Assembly (NCBI GenBank): GCA_035654455.1 | Contig: DASRWT010000033.1 | Coordinates: 3,975-67,974 of the forward strand | DNA: 64,000 nucleotides | Source: Candidatus Nitrosocosmicus sp. | GTDB taxonomy: Bacteria; Methylomirabilota; Methylomirabilia; Rokubacteriales; CSP1-6 | Reading direction: 5' to 3' | Shown here: positions 17,410 to 25,368 of the stretch, in pieces | Position numbering within the stretch: position 1 is the stretch's first letter | Layout: each line of letters opens with the position of its first letter | Notes under the pieces: model-generated | Database searches by the model: none | Told to the model about the DNA's origin: nothing | What the model saw: only the letters and a program-made list of their open reading frames with translations | Translations under genes and position numbers: made by a program

Positions 17410-18858
17410 TCAGGCCCGGTGGGCGCGCTCCCGGGCGGCGACCACGGGCGGGATGCGGCCGGTCCACGGCTGCGCGGCCTCGAAGGCGGCCGCCGCCCGG
17501 AGCACCGCCGCCTCCGCATGCCAGCGCCCCACGATCTGAAGCCCCACCGGCAGCCCGCTCGCGGTGAAGCCGCAGGGGATGGAGATGACGGGCAGGGCGG
17601 TCAGCGTGATGCCGTAAGTGAGAAAGAACCACTGGGTGTAGTTGTCCAGCGGCTTGCCGTTGATCTCGGTGGGGTAGCGCTGCTCCACCGGAAACGGGGG
17701 CACCGCCACCGTGGGGAGGATGAGGTAGTCGTACCGCTCCATGAAGGCGCGCACGCGCTGCCAGAGCTCGCCGCGCGCGATCTCGGCGCGGGCGATGTCC
17801 CGGGACGTGAGCGCCAGCCCCTGCTCGATATTCCACAGGAGGCCCTTCTGCAGCTTGTCCTTCCACTGGGGCAGCTTGTCGGCGTGCCGCGCCACCATGG
17901 AGAGGCCGCGGGTGCCGAGCACGATGTCGTTGACCTCCGAGAAGTCCGGACAGGCGTGGTCCACGCGGGCGCCCAGCGAGCGGAAGACGCGGCAGGCGCC
18001 GGCGGCGATGCGGGCCACCTCCGCGTCCACCGGGATCAGACCCTCGAGGTCGGGGGTCCACGCCATGCGGAGCCCCTTCATCGACGGCGAGCGGAGCGCC
18101 TGGGTGAAGGCGCGCGTGTCCACCTCGTAGGACAGCGGCGCCCGCGCGTCGGGCCCGGCGATGGCGGCCAGCATGAGAGCGATGTCGCCCACCGTGCGCG
18201 CCATGGGTCCCGTTACCGAGAGCGTGTCCCAGGCCAGGTCCGAGGGTACCTGGGGCACCAGGCCCGGTGTGGTGCGGAAGCCGACCACCCCGCAGAAGGC
18301 GGCCGGAGTCCGGAGCGAGCCGCCCAGATCGGAGCCCTGGGCGATGGGCCCCATGCCGGTGGCGAGCGCCACGCCCGCGCCCCCGCTGGAGCCGCCGCAG
18401 GTCAGCGCGGGATCCCATGGATTCCGTGTCGCGCCGAACACGGCATTGAAGGTATTGCCGCCGGCGCCGAACTCGGGCGTATTCGTCTTGGCGAAGACGA
18501 TGGCGCCCGCCGCCTTGAGCCGCTCCACCACCAGCGCGTCTTCCTTCGGCACGTGGTGCTCGTAGATCTTCGAGCCCCAGGTGGTCCGGATGCCCTTGGT
18601 GGGGGTGAGGTCCTTGATGGACACCGGCACCCCGTGCAGTGGCGGCAGGGCCTTGGCCCGGCGCAGGGACGCGGTGGCGCGGCGCGCCTCCGCCAGGGCC
18701 GACTCGCGTGCCACCGTGACGCAGGCGTTGAGCGCGGGGTTCACCGAGTCCACACGCGCCAGCACCGCCTCCATGACCTCGAGGGGCGAAGTCTTGCGGG
18801 CGCGGTAGAGGCGGGCAAGCTCGGCGGCGGGCGTATAGCAGAGATCGCTTGGGGTCAC
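17410..18858 (-). CDS. amidase (amidase-signature family)
   Basis: 482 aa. GGSSGG signature (CGGSSGGAGVALATG) and KDLTPTKGIRTTWGS. GTG start preceded by GGGAGG. Confidence 0.9.
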   Translation of the reverse strand: MTPSDLCYTPAAELARLYRARKTSPLEVMEAVLARVDSVNPALNACVTVARESALAEARRATASLRRAKALPPLHGVPVSIKDLTPTKGIRTTWGSKIYEHHVPKEDALVVERLKAAGAIVFAKTNTPEFGAGGNTFNAVFGATRNPWDPALTCGGSSGGAGVALATGMGPIAQGSDLGGSLRTPAAFCGVVGFRTTPGLVPQVPSDLAWDTLSVTGPMARTVGDIALMLAAIAGPDARAPLSYEVDTRAFTQALRSPSMKGLRMAWTPDLEGLIPVDAEVARIAAGACRVFRSLGARVDHACPDFSEVNDIVLGTRGLSMVARHADKLPQWKDKLQKGLLWNIEQGLALTSRDIARAEIARGELWQRVRAFMERYDYLILPTVAVPPFPVEQRYPTEINGKPLDNYTQWFFLTYGITLTALPVISIPCGFTASGLPVGLQIVGRWHAEAAVLRAAAAFEAAQPWTGRIPPVVAARERAHRA

Positions 18859-18882
18859 TGCGGGCCTCCCGGTGGACTGGGT

Positions 18883-19848
18883 CTAGAGAACTTTGCGGGG
18901 ATCGAGGGCGTCCCGGAGACCGTCCCCGATGTAGTTGATCGACAGCACCGTGAGGAAGATGGCGGTACCCGGGAACAGGGCCCAGTGGGGAGCGAAGTCC
19001 AGGTTGTCCTTGGCGTCGAAGAGGATGCGGCCCCAGGTCGGGATGTCGGGCGGGAAGCCCAGCCCGAGAAAGGAGAGGGACGACTCCGCGATGATGGCCG
19101 CCGCCACGTCGATGGTGCCGGCCACGATGACGGGCCCCACCGAGTTCGGCAGGATATGGCGGAGCACCTGACGGATCGGCGCCGCGCCGAGGCCGCGCGC
19201 CGCCTCCACGAACTCCTTCTCGCGGAGTGAGAGGAACTGGGCGCGCACCAGCCGGGCCACCGGCATCCAGCGGAGCCCACCGATCACCGCCACGATCATC
19301 ACGAACACGCCCACCTCGGGCCCGAGGTGCTTCTTCAGCGCGTCGCGGAAGAGGTAGACGATGAGGAGCAGCAGCGGCAGGCCGGGGAGCGAGAGGAAAA
19401 GGTCGGTGAGCCGCATCAGCGCGTGGTCCACGACGCCGCCCGTGAAGCCGGCGATGGCGCCCACCGCGGTGCCGGCCAGGATGGCGATGAGCATGGCGCT
19501 CAGCCCTACCGCGAGCGAGATCCGGCCGCCGTAGAGCATGCGGGCGAGAAGATCCTGGCCGAGGTCGTCGGTGCCGAGCGGGTGGGCCCAGGAGGGGCCT
19601 TTCAGCTTCGCCTTGAAGTCGATCTCGTCGATGGGCACCCGATACAGGAGCGGCCCGACCAGGACCGCGACCACCAGGGCGACCAGGATGGCGGCGCCGA
19701 AGAGCGCGAGGCGGTGACGCCGGAAGCGCCGCCAGGCCTCGGCCCGCAGCGAGGTGGGGGGCCGCCGCGTCACCGCCGGGTCGGCAGCGAGCGCGGGGGC
19801 GCGGGTGACCGGACTACCGGTACGAGATGCGGGGATCGAGCCAGCCAT
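18883..19848 (-). CDS. ABC transporter permease (DppC/OppC-like)
   Basis: 321 aa. N-terminal TM segment, EAA-loop region FVEAARGLGAAPIRQVLRHILPN. Overlaps the upstream permease gene by 35 nt. Confidence 0.9.
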   Translation of the reverse strand: MAGSIPASRTGSPVTRAPALAADPAVTRRPPTSLRAEAWRRFRRHRLALFGAAILVALVVAVLVGPLLYRVPIDEIDFKAKLKGPSWAHPLGTDDLGQDLLARMLYGGRISLAVGLSAMLIAILAGTAVGAIAGFTGGVVDHALMRLTDLFLSLPGLPLLLLIVYLFRDALKKHLGPEVGVFVMIVAVIGGLRWMPVARLVRAQFLSLREKEFVEAARGLGAAPIRQVLRHILPNSVGPVIVAGTIDVAAAIIAESSLSFLGLGFPPDIPTWGRILFDAKDNLDFAPHWALFPGTAIFLTVLSINYIGDGLRDALDPRKVL

Positions 19849-20773
19849 AGAGAATGTCGGCGATGAGGTTGAAGAAGACCACCAGCGCCGAGAACACGAA
19901 CGTGATGGCCATGATCACCGGGGTGTCGTTGGCGAGGATGGAGCTGATGAGGAGCGAGCCGATCCCGGGCACCCGGAAGATCTGCTCGGTGATGAGCGCG
20001 CCCGCGAAGATGGTGGGCACCTGCAGCGCCACCAGCGTGACCACCGGGATGAGGGCGTTGCGCACCACGTGCCGCACGATGGTCACGCGCTCCGTGAGCC
20101 CCTTGGCCCGCGCGGTGCGCACATAGTCGAGCTGGATCACGTCGAGCACGGCGGAGCGCATGAACCGCGTCATGGAGGCCGCCTGGAAGAGCGCCAGGAC
20201 CGCCACCGGCATGATGGCCTGGCGGATGTGCTCCCACCACCACCGCCAGCCGGAGGCGCTGATGTCGGCGCGGTAGATGAAGGGCAGCCAGTCCAGGTAG
20301 ATGCTGAAGAAGAGAATGAAGAGGAGACCGGTGAAGAAGGTGGGCAGGGAGAAGCCCAGGAAAGCGCCGGTGGTGGCGATCTGGTCGAAGAGCGAGTAAG
20401 GGCGGGTGGCGGAGATGACGCCGATGGGGATGGCGATGAGCAGGCCCAGGATCTGCGCGGAGCCGATGACGAGGATGGTGGTGGGCAGCCGCTGCAGGAT
20501 GAGCCGGTCCACGTTGACGCGGCTCACGAAGGAGAAACCCCAGTCGCCCTTCATCATGGAGGTGAACCACCGCACGTAGCGGATGGCGATGGGGTCGTCG
20601 AGGCCGAACTGGGCGCGCAGGTTCATGCGCACCTCCGGCGGCACGTTGGGATTGGTGGCCAGCTCCTCGAAGGGGTCGCCGGGCGCCATGGCGAGGATGG
20701 TGAAGAGCACGAGGCTGATCCCCGCGAGCACCGGGATGATGATGAGGAGGCGCCGGAGCAGGTACTTGGACAT
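19814..20773 (-). CDS. ABC transporter permease (DppB/OppB-like)
   Basis: 319 aa. MSKYLLRRLLIIIPVLAGISLV N-terminus, DYVRTARAKGL EAA loop. Confidence 0.9.
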   Translation of the reverse strand: MSKYLLRRLLIIIPVLAGISLVLFTILAMAPGDPFEELATNPNVPPEVRMNLRAQFGLDDPIAIRYVRWFTSMMKGDWGFSFVSRVNVDRLILQRLPTTILVIGSAQILGLLIAIPIGVISATRPYSLFDQIATTGAFLGFSLPTFFTGLLFILFFSIYLDWLPFIYRADISASGWRWWWEHIRQAIMPVAVLALFQAASMTRFMRSAVLDVIQLDYVRTARAKGLTERVTIVRHVVRNALIPVVTLVALQVPTIFAGALITEQIFRVPGIGSLLISSILANDTPVIMAITFVFSALVVFFNLIADILYGWLDPRISYR

Positions 20774-20790
20774 GCGGTGACGCGGGCGCC

Positions 20791-20816
20791 GCGGGCCGGG
20801 TGGCTACCCCGGCCCG
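20791..20816 (-). other. intercistronic GC hairpin between the binding-protein and permease genes
   Basis: Perfect 10-bp stem GCGGGCCGGG / CCCGGCCCGC with a 6-nt loop, in the 55-nt gap between the SBP stop (20829) and the permease start (20773). Confidence 0.5.
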
Positions 20817-20828
20817 CGGACGACCGGT

Positions 20829-22619
20829 CTACCCCTCCCGATACCAGTTCTGGAGAGCCCAGAAGTCGGAGTCCCAGCCGCTCTGCTCCGCGCGGAGGGT
20901 ATTGGCGACCGCGGCCACGCGGGGGCGGAACACGACGGGGATGACGACGACGTTCTGGATCACCAGCTCGTTCATCCGGATGAACATCGCCGCGCGCTTG
21001 ACCGGGTCCAGCTCGGACTCGGAGGCCTTGTGGAGCTTGTCGAACTCGTCATTGCGCCAGCGCGTGATGTTGCGGCCCTGCCATTTGTTGTCCTTGGAGG
21101 CCACTTCCTCGGTCAGGAACTGGCGCATGAACTGCTCGGGATCGGGCTGGGTCATGGTGGTCGTGTACATCTGGATGTCGGTGTAGAAGTGGCTGTAGGT
21201 GTCGGGGTTGGCCACGTCGGACGAGAAGTAGACCGAGGCGGTCACCGACTTGATCTCCATCTCGATGCCCGCCTTGGCCGCCGCCTGCTTGACGATGGCC
21301 TGGGTCTTCTGGCGCGGGGCATTGATCGACGTCTGGTAGACGAACTTCAGCTTCTTGCCGTCCTTGGCCCGGATGCCGTCCGAGCCCTTCTTCCAGCCCG
21401 CCGCCTCCAGGATCTGGTTGGCCTTGTCGACGTTGAACTCCCACTTGGTGCTCTTCGACGCGAACCGCGAGGGCTGATTGAGGAAGTTCGCGGTGGCGAT
21501 GCCGGTGCGGCCGTAGATCTGCTCCTGCATCGAGGCGCGGTCCACCAGGAGGTTGAGCGCCTGCCGCACCGCGGGATCGCTCAGCGACGGATGCGTGGTC
21601 TTGATGCTGGCGCGCTCACCGTCCACCTCTTTCCACGGATCGGTGAAGTTGCACTGGATATGCTCGATATTGCCGCCGGCCACGATGTCGGCCTTGCCCT
21701 TGCCCCCCTGCTCCCAGCGCTTCAGCTGCTCGTCCTCGACCTGCATGTTCCAGGCATAGTCGAACTCGCCGGTCTGGAGCACCGCGCGCGCCGCCGAAGG
21801 CGCATCGCCGCCGCCCTTCATCTCGATGCTGTCGAAGAAAGGCCGGTTCGGCATGTGGTAGTTCGGATTGAGCTCGCCCCGCACCATGTCACCGGGCTTG
21901 AAGTCCGCGAACTTGTAGGGGCCGGTGCCGACGGGCTTGAGGTTGGTCGGCGCCTCGCGCGAATTGCCGCCCTTGAAGGCCTCGAAGAGGTGCTTGGGGA
22001 TGATCATGCCCCGTACGCCCACGAAGGGGTCGGCCCAGAACGGGGTGGGCTTGGGGAAGGTGATCTTGATGGTGTGGCTGTCGACCTTCTCGACCTTGAC
22101 GTCCTTGTAGGTGCCGATGGACACCGACGCGGTGGCAGGATCGGAGCAGTACTCCCAGGTGAAGACGCAGTCGTCGGCGCTGAAGGGCTTGCCGTCGTGC
22201 CAGTTGACGCCCCGCTTGAGCTTCCACGTGACCGACTTGCCGTCCCGGGCCAGCCCGCCGTTCTGCACGGTGGGGATCTCGGCGGCCAGGTTGGGCGCCA
22301 GGTTGCCGTCGGGATCCCACGAGGCCAGGGGCTCGTAGAAGATGCGGGAGCCGTCCTGATCCTTGGTGCCGGTGGCGAAGTGCGGATTCAGAAGGGTGGC
22401 GCCCTGCCACCACAGGACCTTCAGCGCCCCGCCTCCACCCCGCTTGGTGGGCTTGTAGGGTTGCTTCGACTGGGCGTGCGCGACCCCCGCCGACGCCAGC
22501 ATCTGGGCGGCGAGAGGACCGGTGAGCCCGACTCCGACCATCATCTGCACGAAAGCGCGTCGGCTGAGACGGCCGGCCTTGACCTCGCCGATCAGGCTGC
22601 GTAGCTCGCGTTCATCCAT
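20829..22619 (-). CDS. ABC transporter substrate-binding protein, family 5 (peptide/nickel/opine type), Tat signal; paralogue 1
   Basis: MDERELRSLIGEVKAGRLSRRAFVQMMVGVGL Tat-type signal. The body is roughly 70 percent identical by eye to 22788..24587. ATG 22619 matches the paralogue N-termini. TTG 22640 with a perfect AGGAGG SD is an alternative start. Confidence 0.9.
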   Translation of the reverse strand: MDERELRSLIGEVKAGRLSRRAFVQMMVGVGLTGPLAAQMLASAGVAHAQSKQPYKPTKRGGGGALKVLWWQGATLLNPHFATGTKDQDGSRIFYEPLASWDPDGNLAPNLAAEIPTVQNGGLARDGKSVTWKLKRGVNWHDGKPFSADDCVFTWEYCSDPATASVSIGTYKDVKVEKVDSHTIKITFPKPTPFWADPFVGVRGMIIPKHLFEAFKGGNSREAPTNLKPVGTGPYKFADFKPGDMVRGELNPNYHMPNRPFFDSIEMKGGGDAPSAARAVLQTGEFDYAWNMQVEDEQLKRWEQGGKGKADIVAGGNIEHIQCNFTDPWKEVDGERASIKTTHPSLSDPAVRQALNLLVDRASMQEQIYGRTGIATANFLNQPSRFASKSTKWEFNVDKANQILEAAGWKKGSDGIRAKDGKKLKFVYQTSINAPRQKTQAIVKQAAAKAGIEMEIKSVTASVYFSSDVANPDTYSHFYTDIQMYTTTMTQPDPEQFMRQFLTEEVASKDNKWQGRNITRWRNDEFDKLHKASESELDPVKRAAMFIRMNELVIQNVVVIPVVFRPRVAAVANTLRAEQSGWDSDFWALQNWYREG

Positions 22620-22699
22620 GTTCGTGTGCTCCTCCTGCAATGTGGTCCTCCTGGGTGGGTCGACGGTGGCCGGCCAAGGTGAATTTGGACGGCCCCATT

Positions 22700-22728
22700 C
22701 TTATATGCTGCACGAGGGAAACTGTCAA
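22700..22728 (-). promoter_or_regulatory. sigma70-type promoter for SBP paralogue 1
   Basis: Minus strand TTGACA (22728-22723), 17-nt spacer, TATAAG (22705-22700). About 75 nt upstream of ATG 22619. Confidence 0.6.
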
Positions 22729-22754
22729 GGGCGGCGGGGGGTTCCGCCGCCCTT
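22727..22754 (-). terminator. hairpin terminator after SBP paralogue 2
   Basis: 11-bp perfect stem AAGGGCGGCGG / CCGCCGCCCTT with a 6-nt loop, 34 nt after the stop at 22788. It overlaps the -35 box of the next promoter. Only a short T-run (TTT, interrupted) follows. Confidence 0.55.
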
Positions 22755-22787
22755 GGAATGGACGGGCGTGAGGTCGGCGCCGGACTG

Positions 22788-24587
22788 CTACGCCTCCTTG
22801 TACCAGTAGGGCAGCCGCCAGAGCGTGCCGTCCCAGCCGGTGAGGTCCATCCCGCGAAGCTTGAGATTGGACCCCGAGACGCCGTTGCGCCACAGCACCG
22901 GGATCACCGCGACATTGCTGATCACGATGTCGTTCATCTTGATGAAGAGCGCGGCCCGCTTGATCGGGTCCGTCTCGCCCTCGGCCGCTCGGTACGTCCG
23001 GTCGTACTCCTCGTTCCGGAACCGCGTGATATTGCGCCCCTGCCAGCTATTGGCCTTCTGCGCCACCTCCCAGGAGGTGAACTGCAGCATGAAGGGCGCC
23101 GGGTCCGGCGAGGTCATGGTGGTGTTGTACATCTGGATGTCCGAGTAGAAGTGGGGGTAGGTGTCGGGATTGGCGGGATCGGAGGAGAAGAACACCGACG
23201 CCACCACCGACTTCAGCTCGATCTCGATGCCTGCCTTGGCCGCCGCCTGCTTGACGATGGCCTGGGTCTTCTGCCGGGGCGCATTGATCGAGGTCTGGAA
23301 CACGAACTTCAGCCGCTTGCCGTCCTTGGCGCGCACGCCGTCCGCTCCCCGCTTCCAGCCGGCGGCGTCCAGGATCTGGCTCGCCTTGTCCCCGTTGAAC
23401 TCCCAGCGGTGGTTCCGGGAGTGGAAGCGCGAGGGCGCGTTGAGGAAGTTCGCGCTGGTCTGGCCGCCTCGCCCGTAGATCTGCTCGTGCACCGCCGAGC
23501 GGTCCACGAGCAGGTTGAGCGCCTGGCGCACGGCGGGATCGGACAGCGTGGGATGGGTGGTCTTGAGGCTGGAGCGCTCCCCCTCCACCTCGGTCCACGG
23601 ATCGGTGAAGTTGCACTGCATGTGCTCCGGATTCCCGGTGGGCCAGATATTGACCTTGCCCTTGCCGCCCTGCTCCATGCGCTTGAGGATGTCGTCCTCG
23701 ACCTGGAGGTTCCAGGCGTAATCGTATTCCCCCGTCTGGAGCACCGCCCGCGCCGCGGAGGCGGCATCGCCGCCACCCTTCAGCTCCAGGGTGTCGAAGA
23801 AGGGCCGGTTGGGGACGTGGTAGCCGGTGAAGGCCTCGGCCCGCACGATGTCGCCCGGCCGGAAGTCCAGGATGCGGTAGGGGCCGGTTCCCACCGGCTT
23901 GAGATTGGCCGGGGCTTCCTGCGACTTGGCGCCGCGGAAGGGCTCGAAGACGTGCTTGGGGATGATCATGCCGCGCACGCCGCAGAAGGCATCCGACCAG
24001 AAGGGCTGCGGCTTCTTGAAGGTCAGCTTCACGGTGTGGCTGTCCAGCTTCTCGATCTTCGAGATCTCGGTATAGGAGCCGGTGGTGACGGTCTTGTTCG
24101 CGGGATCCATCACGAACTCGTAGTTGAACACCACGTCGTCGGCGGTGAAGGGCTTGCCGTCGTGCCAGCTCACCCCTTTCTTGAGCTTCCAGGTCACCGC
24201 GGTGAGGTCCTTGGCGAGCCCTCCGTTGGACACGGTGGGAAGCTCGGCGGCCAGGACCGGCACCACGTTGCCGTCGGGATCGAAGCCCGCCAGCGGCTCG
24301 TAGAAGACGCGCGAGGCGTCCTGATCCTTGGTCCCGGTGGCGAAGTGCGGATTGAGCAGGGTGGGCGCCTGCCACCACAGCATCTTCAGCGCGCCCCCGC
24401 CTCCGCGCTTGGTCGGCGTGAAGGTCGAGGCCTGCGCCAGGGCGGGCCGGACCCCGGCCGACAGGAGCATCTGGGCGGCCAGCGGCGCGGTGACGCCGAC
24501 CGCCGCCATGGTGCGCATGAACGACCGGCGGCTCACGCGACCCGCCTTGACGTCCTCGATCTGTTGCCGGAGGGCCTGCTCGTCCAT
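22788..24587 (-). CDS. ABC transporter substrate-binding protein, family 5, Tat signal; paralogue 2
   Basis: MDEQALRQQIEDVKAGRVSRRSFMRTMAAVGV. Shares long identical blocks with paralogue 1 (LNPHFATGTKDQD, SINAPRQKTQAIVKQAAAKAGIE). SD GGAG upstream of ATG 24587. Confidence 0.9.
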   Translation of the reverse strand: MDEQALRQQIEDVKAGRVSRRSFMRTMAAVGVTAPLAAQMLLSAGVRPALAQASTFTPTKRGGGGALKMLWWQAPTLLNPHFATGTKDQDASRVFYEPLAGFDPDGNVVPVLAAELPTVSNGGLAKDLTAVTWKLKKGVSWHDGKPFTADDVVFNYEFVMDPANKTVTTGSYTEISKIEKLDSHTVKLTFKKPQPFWSDAFCGVRGMIIPKHVFEPFRGAKSQEAPANLKPVGTGPYRILDFRPGDIVRAEAFTGYHVPNRPFFDTLELKGGGDAASAARAVLQTGEYDYAWNLQVEDDILKRMEQGGKGKVNIWPTGNPEHMQCNFTDPWTEVEGERSSLKTTHPTLSDPAVRQALNLLVDRSAVHEQIYGRGGQTSANFLNAPSRFHSRNHRWEFNGDKASQILDAAGWKRGADGVRAKDGKRLKFVFQTSINAPRQKTQAIVKQAAAKAGIEIELKSVVASVFFSSDPANPDTYPHFYSDIQMYNTTMTSPDPAPFMLQFTSWEVAQKANSWQGRNITRFRNEEYDRTYRAAEGETDPIKRAALFIKMNDIVISNVAVIPVLWRNGVSGSNLKLRGMDLTGWDGTLWRLPYWYKEA

Positions 24588-24630
24588 GGCGACGTCTCCT
24601 GTACCGTGTGGGCGGCTAGAAGGTTGGCTC

Positions 24631-24659
24631 GTTATACGGGCGGGCTCTTCGACTGTCAA
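24631..24659 (-). promoter_or_regulatory. sigma70-type promoter for SBP paralogue 2
   Basis: Minus strand TTGACA (24659-24654), 17-nt spacer, TATAAC (24636-24631). It starts with the same CTTGACAGT as the paralogue-1 promoter. The -35 box overlaps the HAD gene stop codon. Confidence 0.55.
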
Positions 24660-25339
24660 GCGTGGGCGGGCACGGGCGCCAGCCAATCGGCCAGGGCGGC
24701 CAGGGTGGGGAACTCGCGGTCCGGCCGCGCGGCGCCCCCGGCCGCCTCACCTTTGCGGTTGATCCAGGCGCACGGAACGCCCAGGGCTCGGCACGGCGTC
24801 ACGTCGTGGAAATAGCTCGCGGCCGCGTGGAGCCAGGAGCGGCCTCCGATGCGGGCGCGCGCCTCGAGGAAGTGGCCGGGGGCCGGCTTGTAGGAGCGCA
24901 CCTGCTCCGCGGTGACGATCAGCTCGAAGGGCGCCGCGAAGTGGCGCCGCGTCCAGGCCAGGAGGTCGTTGTCCACGTTGGAGAGGATGCCGAGCTGGTA
25001 GCCGGCGCCGGCCAGGCGGCGCAGCGCGGTATTGGTGTCCGGGAAGGGCGTCCAGCCGAGGATGCTCTCGGCGAGAAAGCCGGCGCGCGCGGCGGGCAGA
25101 GGCCAGCCCATGCGCACCGCCACGCGCCGGCCGGTCTCGGCGAGCACGTCGCGGTAGCTGCGGAAGGCCTCGGCCTGCACGGCGGGCTCGATCTCGGCGA
25201 AGAGACGCAGCGCGGCCGCCGTGTCCACCGGGCGCCCGCTCGCCGCCGCCGCCGCCGCGAAGCCGTCGCGAAGGCCCCGCTCCCAGTCGATGAGAGTGCC
25301 GTAGCAGTCGAACGTGATCACGTCATAGGGTCGGTCCAT
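24656..25339 (-). CDS. HAD-superfamily hydrolase, haloacid dehalogenase type II-like
   Basis: MDRPYDVITFDCYGTLIDWE (DxYGT motif), GILSNVD, SYKPAPGHF. GTG 25354 with SD GAGGA is an alternative start. Confidence 0.85.
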   Translation of the reverse strand: MDRPYDVITFDCYGTLIDWERGLRDGFAAAAAASGRPVDTAAALRLFAEIEPAVQAEAFRSYRDVLAETGRRVAVRMGWPLPAARAGFLAESILGWTPFPDTNTALRRLAGAGYQLGILSNVDNDLLAWTRRHFAAPFELIVTAEQVRSYKPAPGHFLEARARIGGRSWLHAAASYFHDVTPCRALGVPCAWINRKGEAAGGAARPDREFPTLAALADWLAPVPAHA

Positions 25340-25368
25340 ATGGGGTAGATCCACAGGGGATTCCTCTC

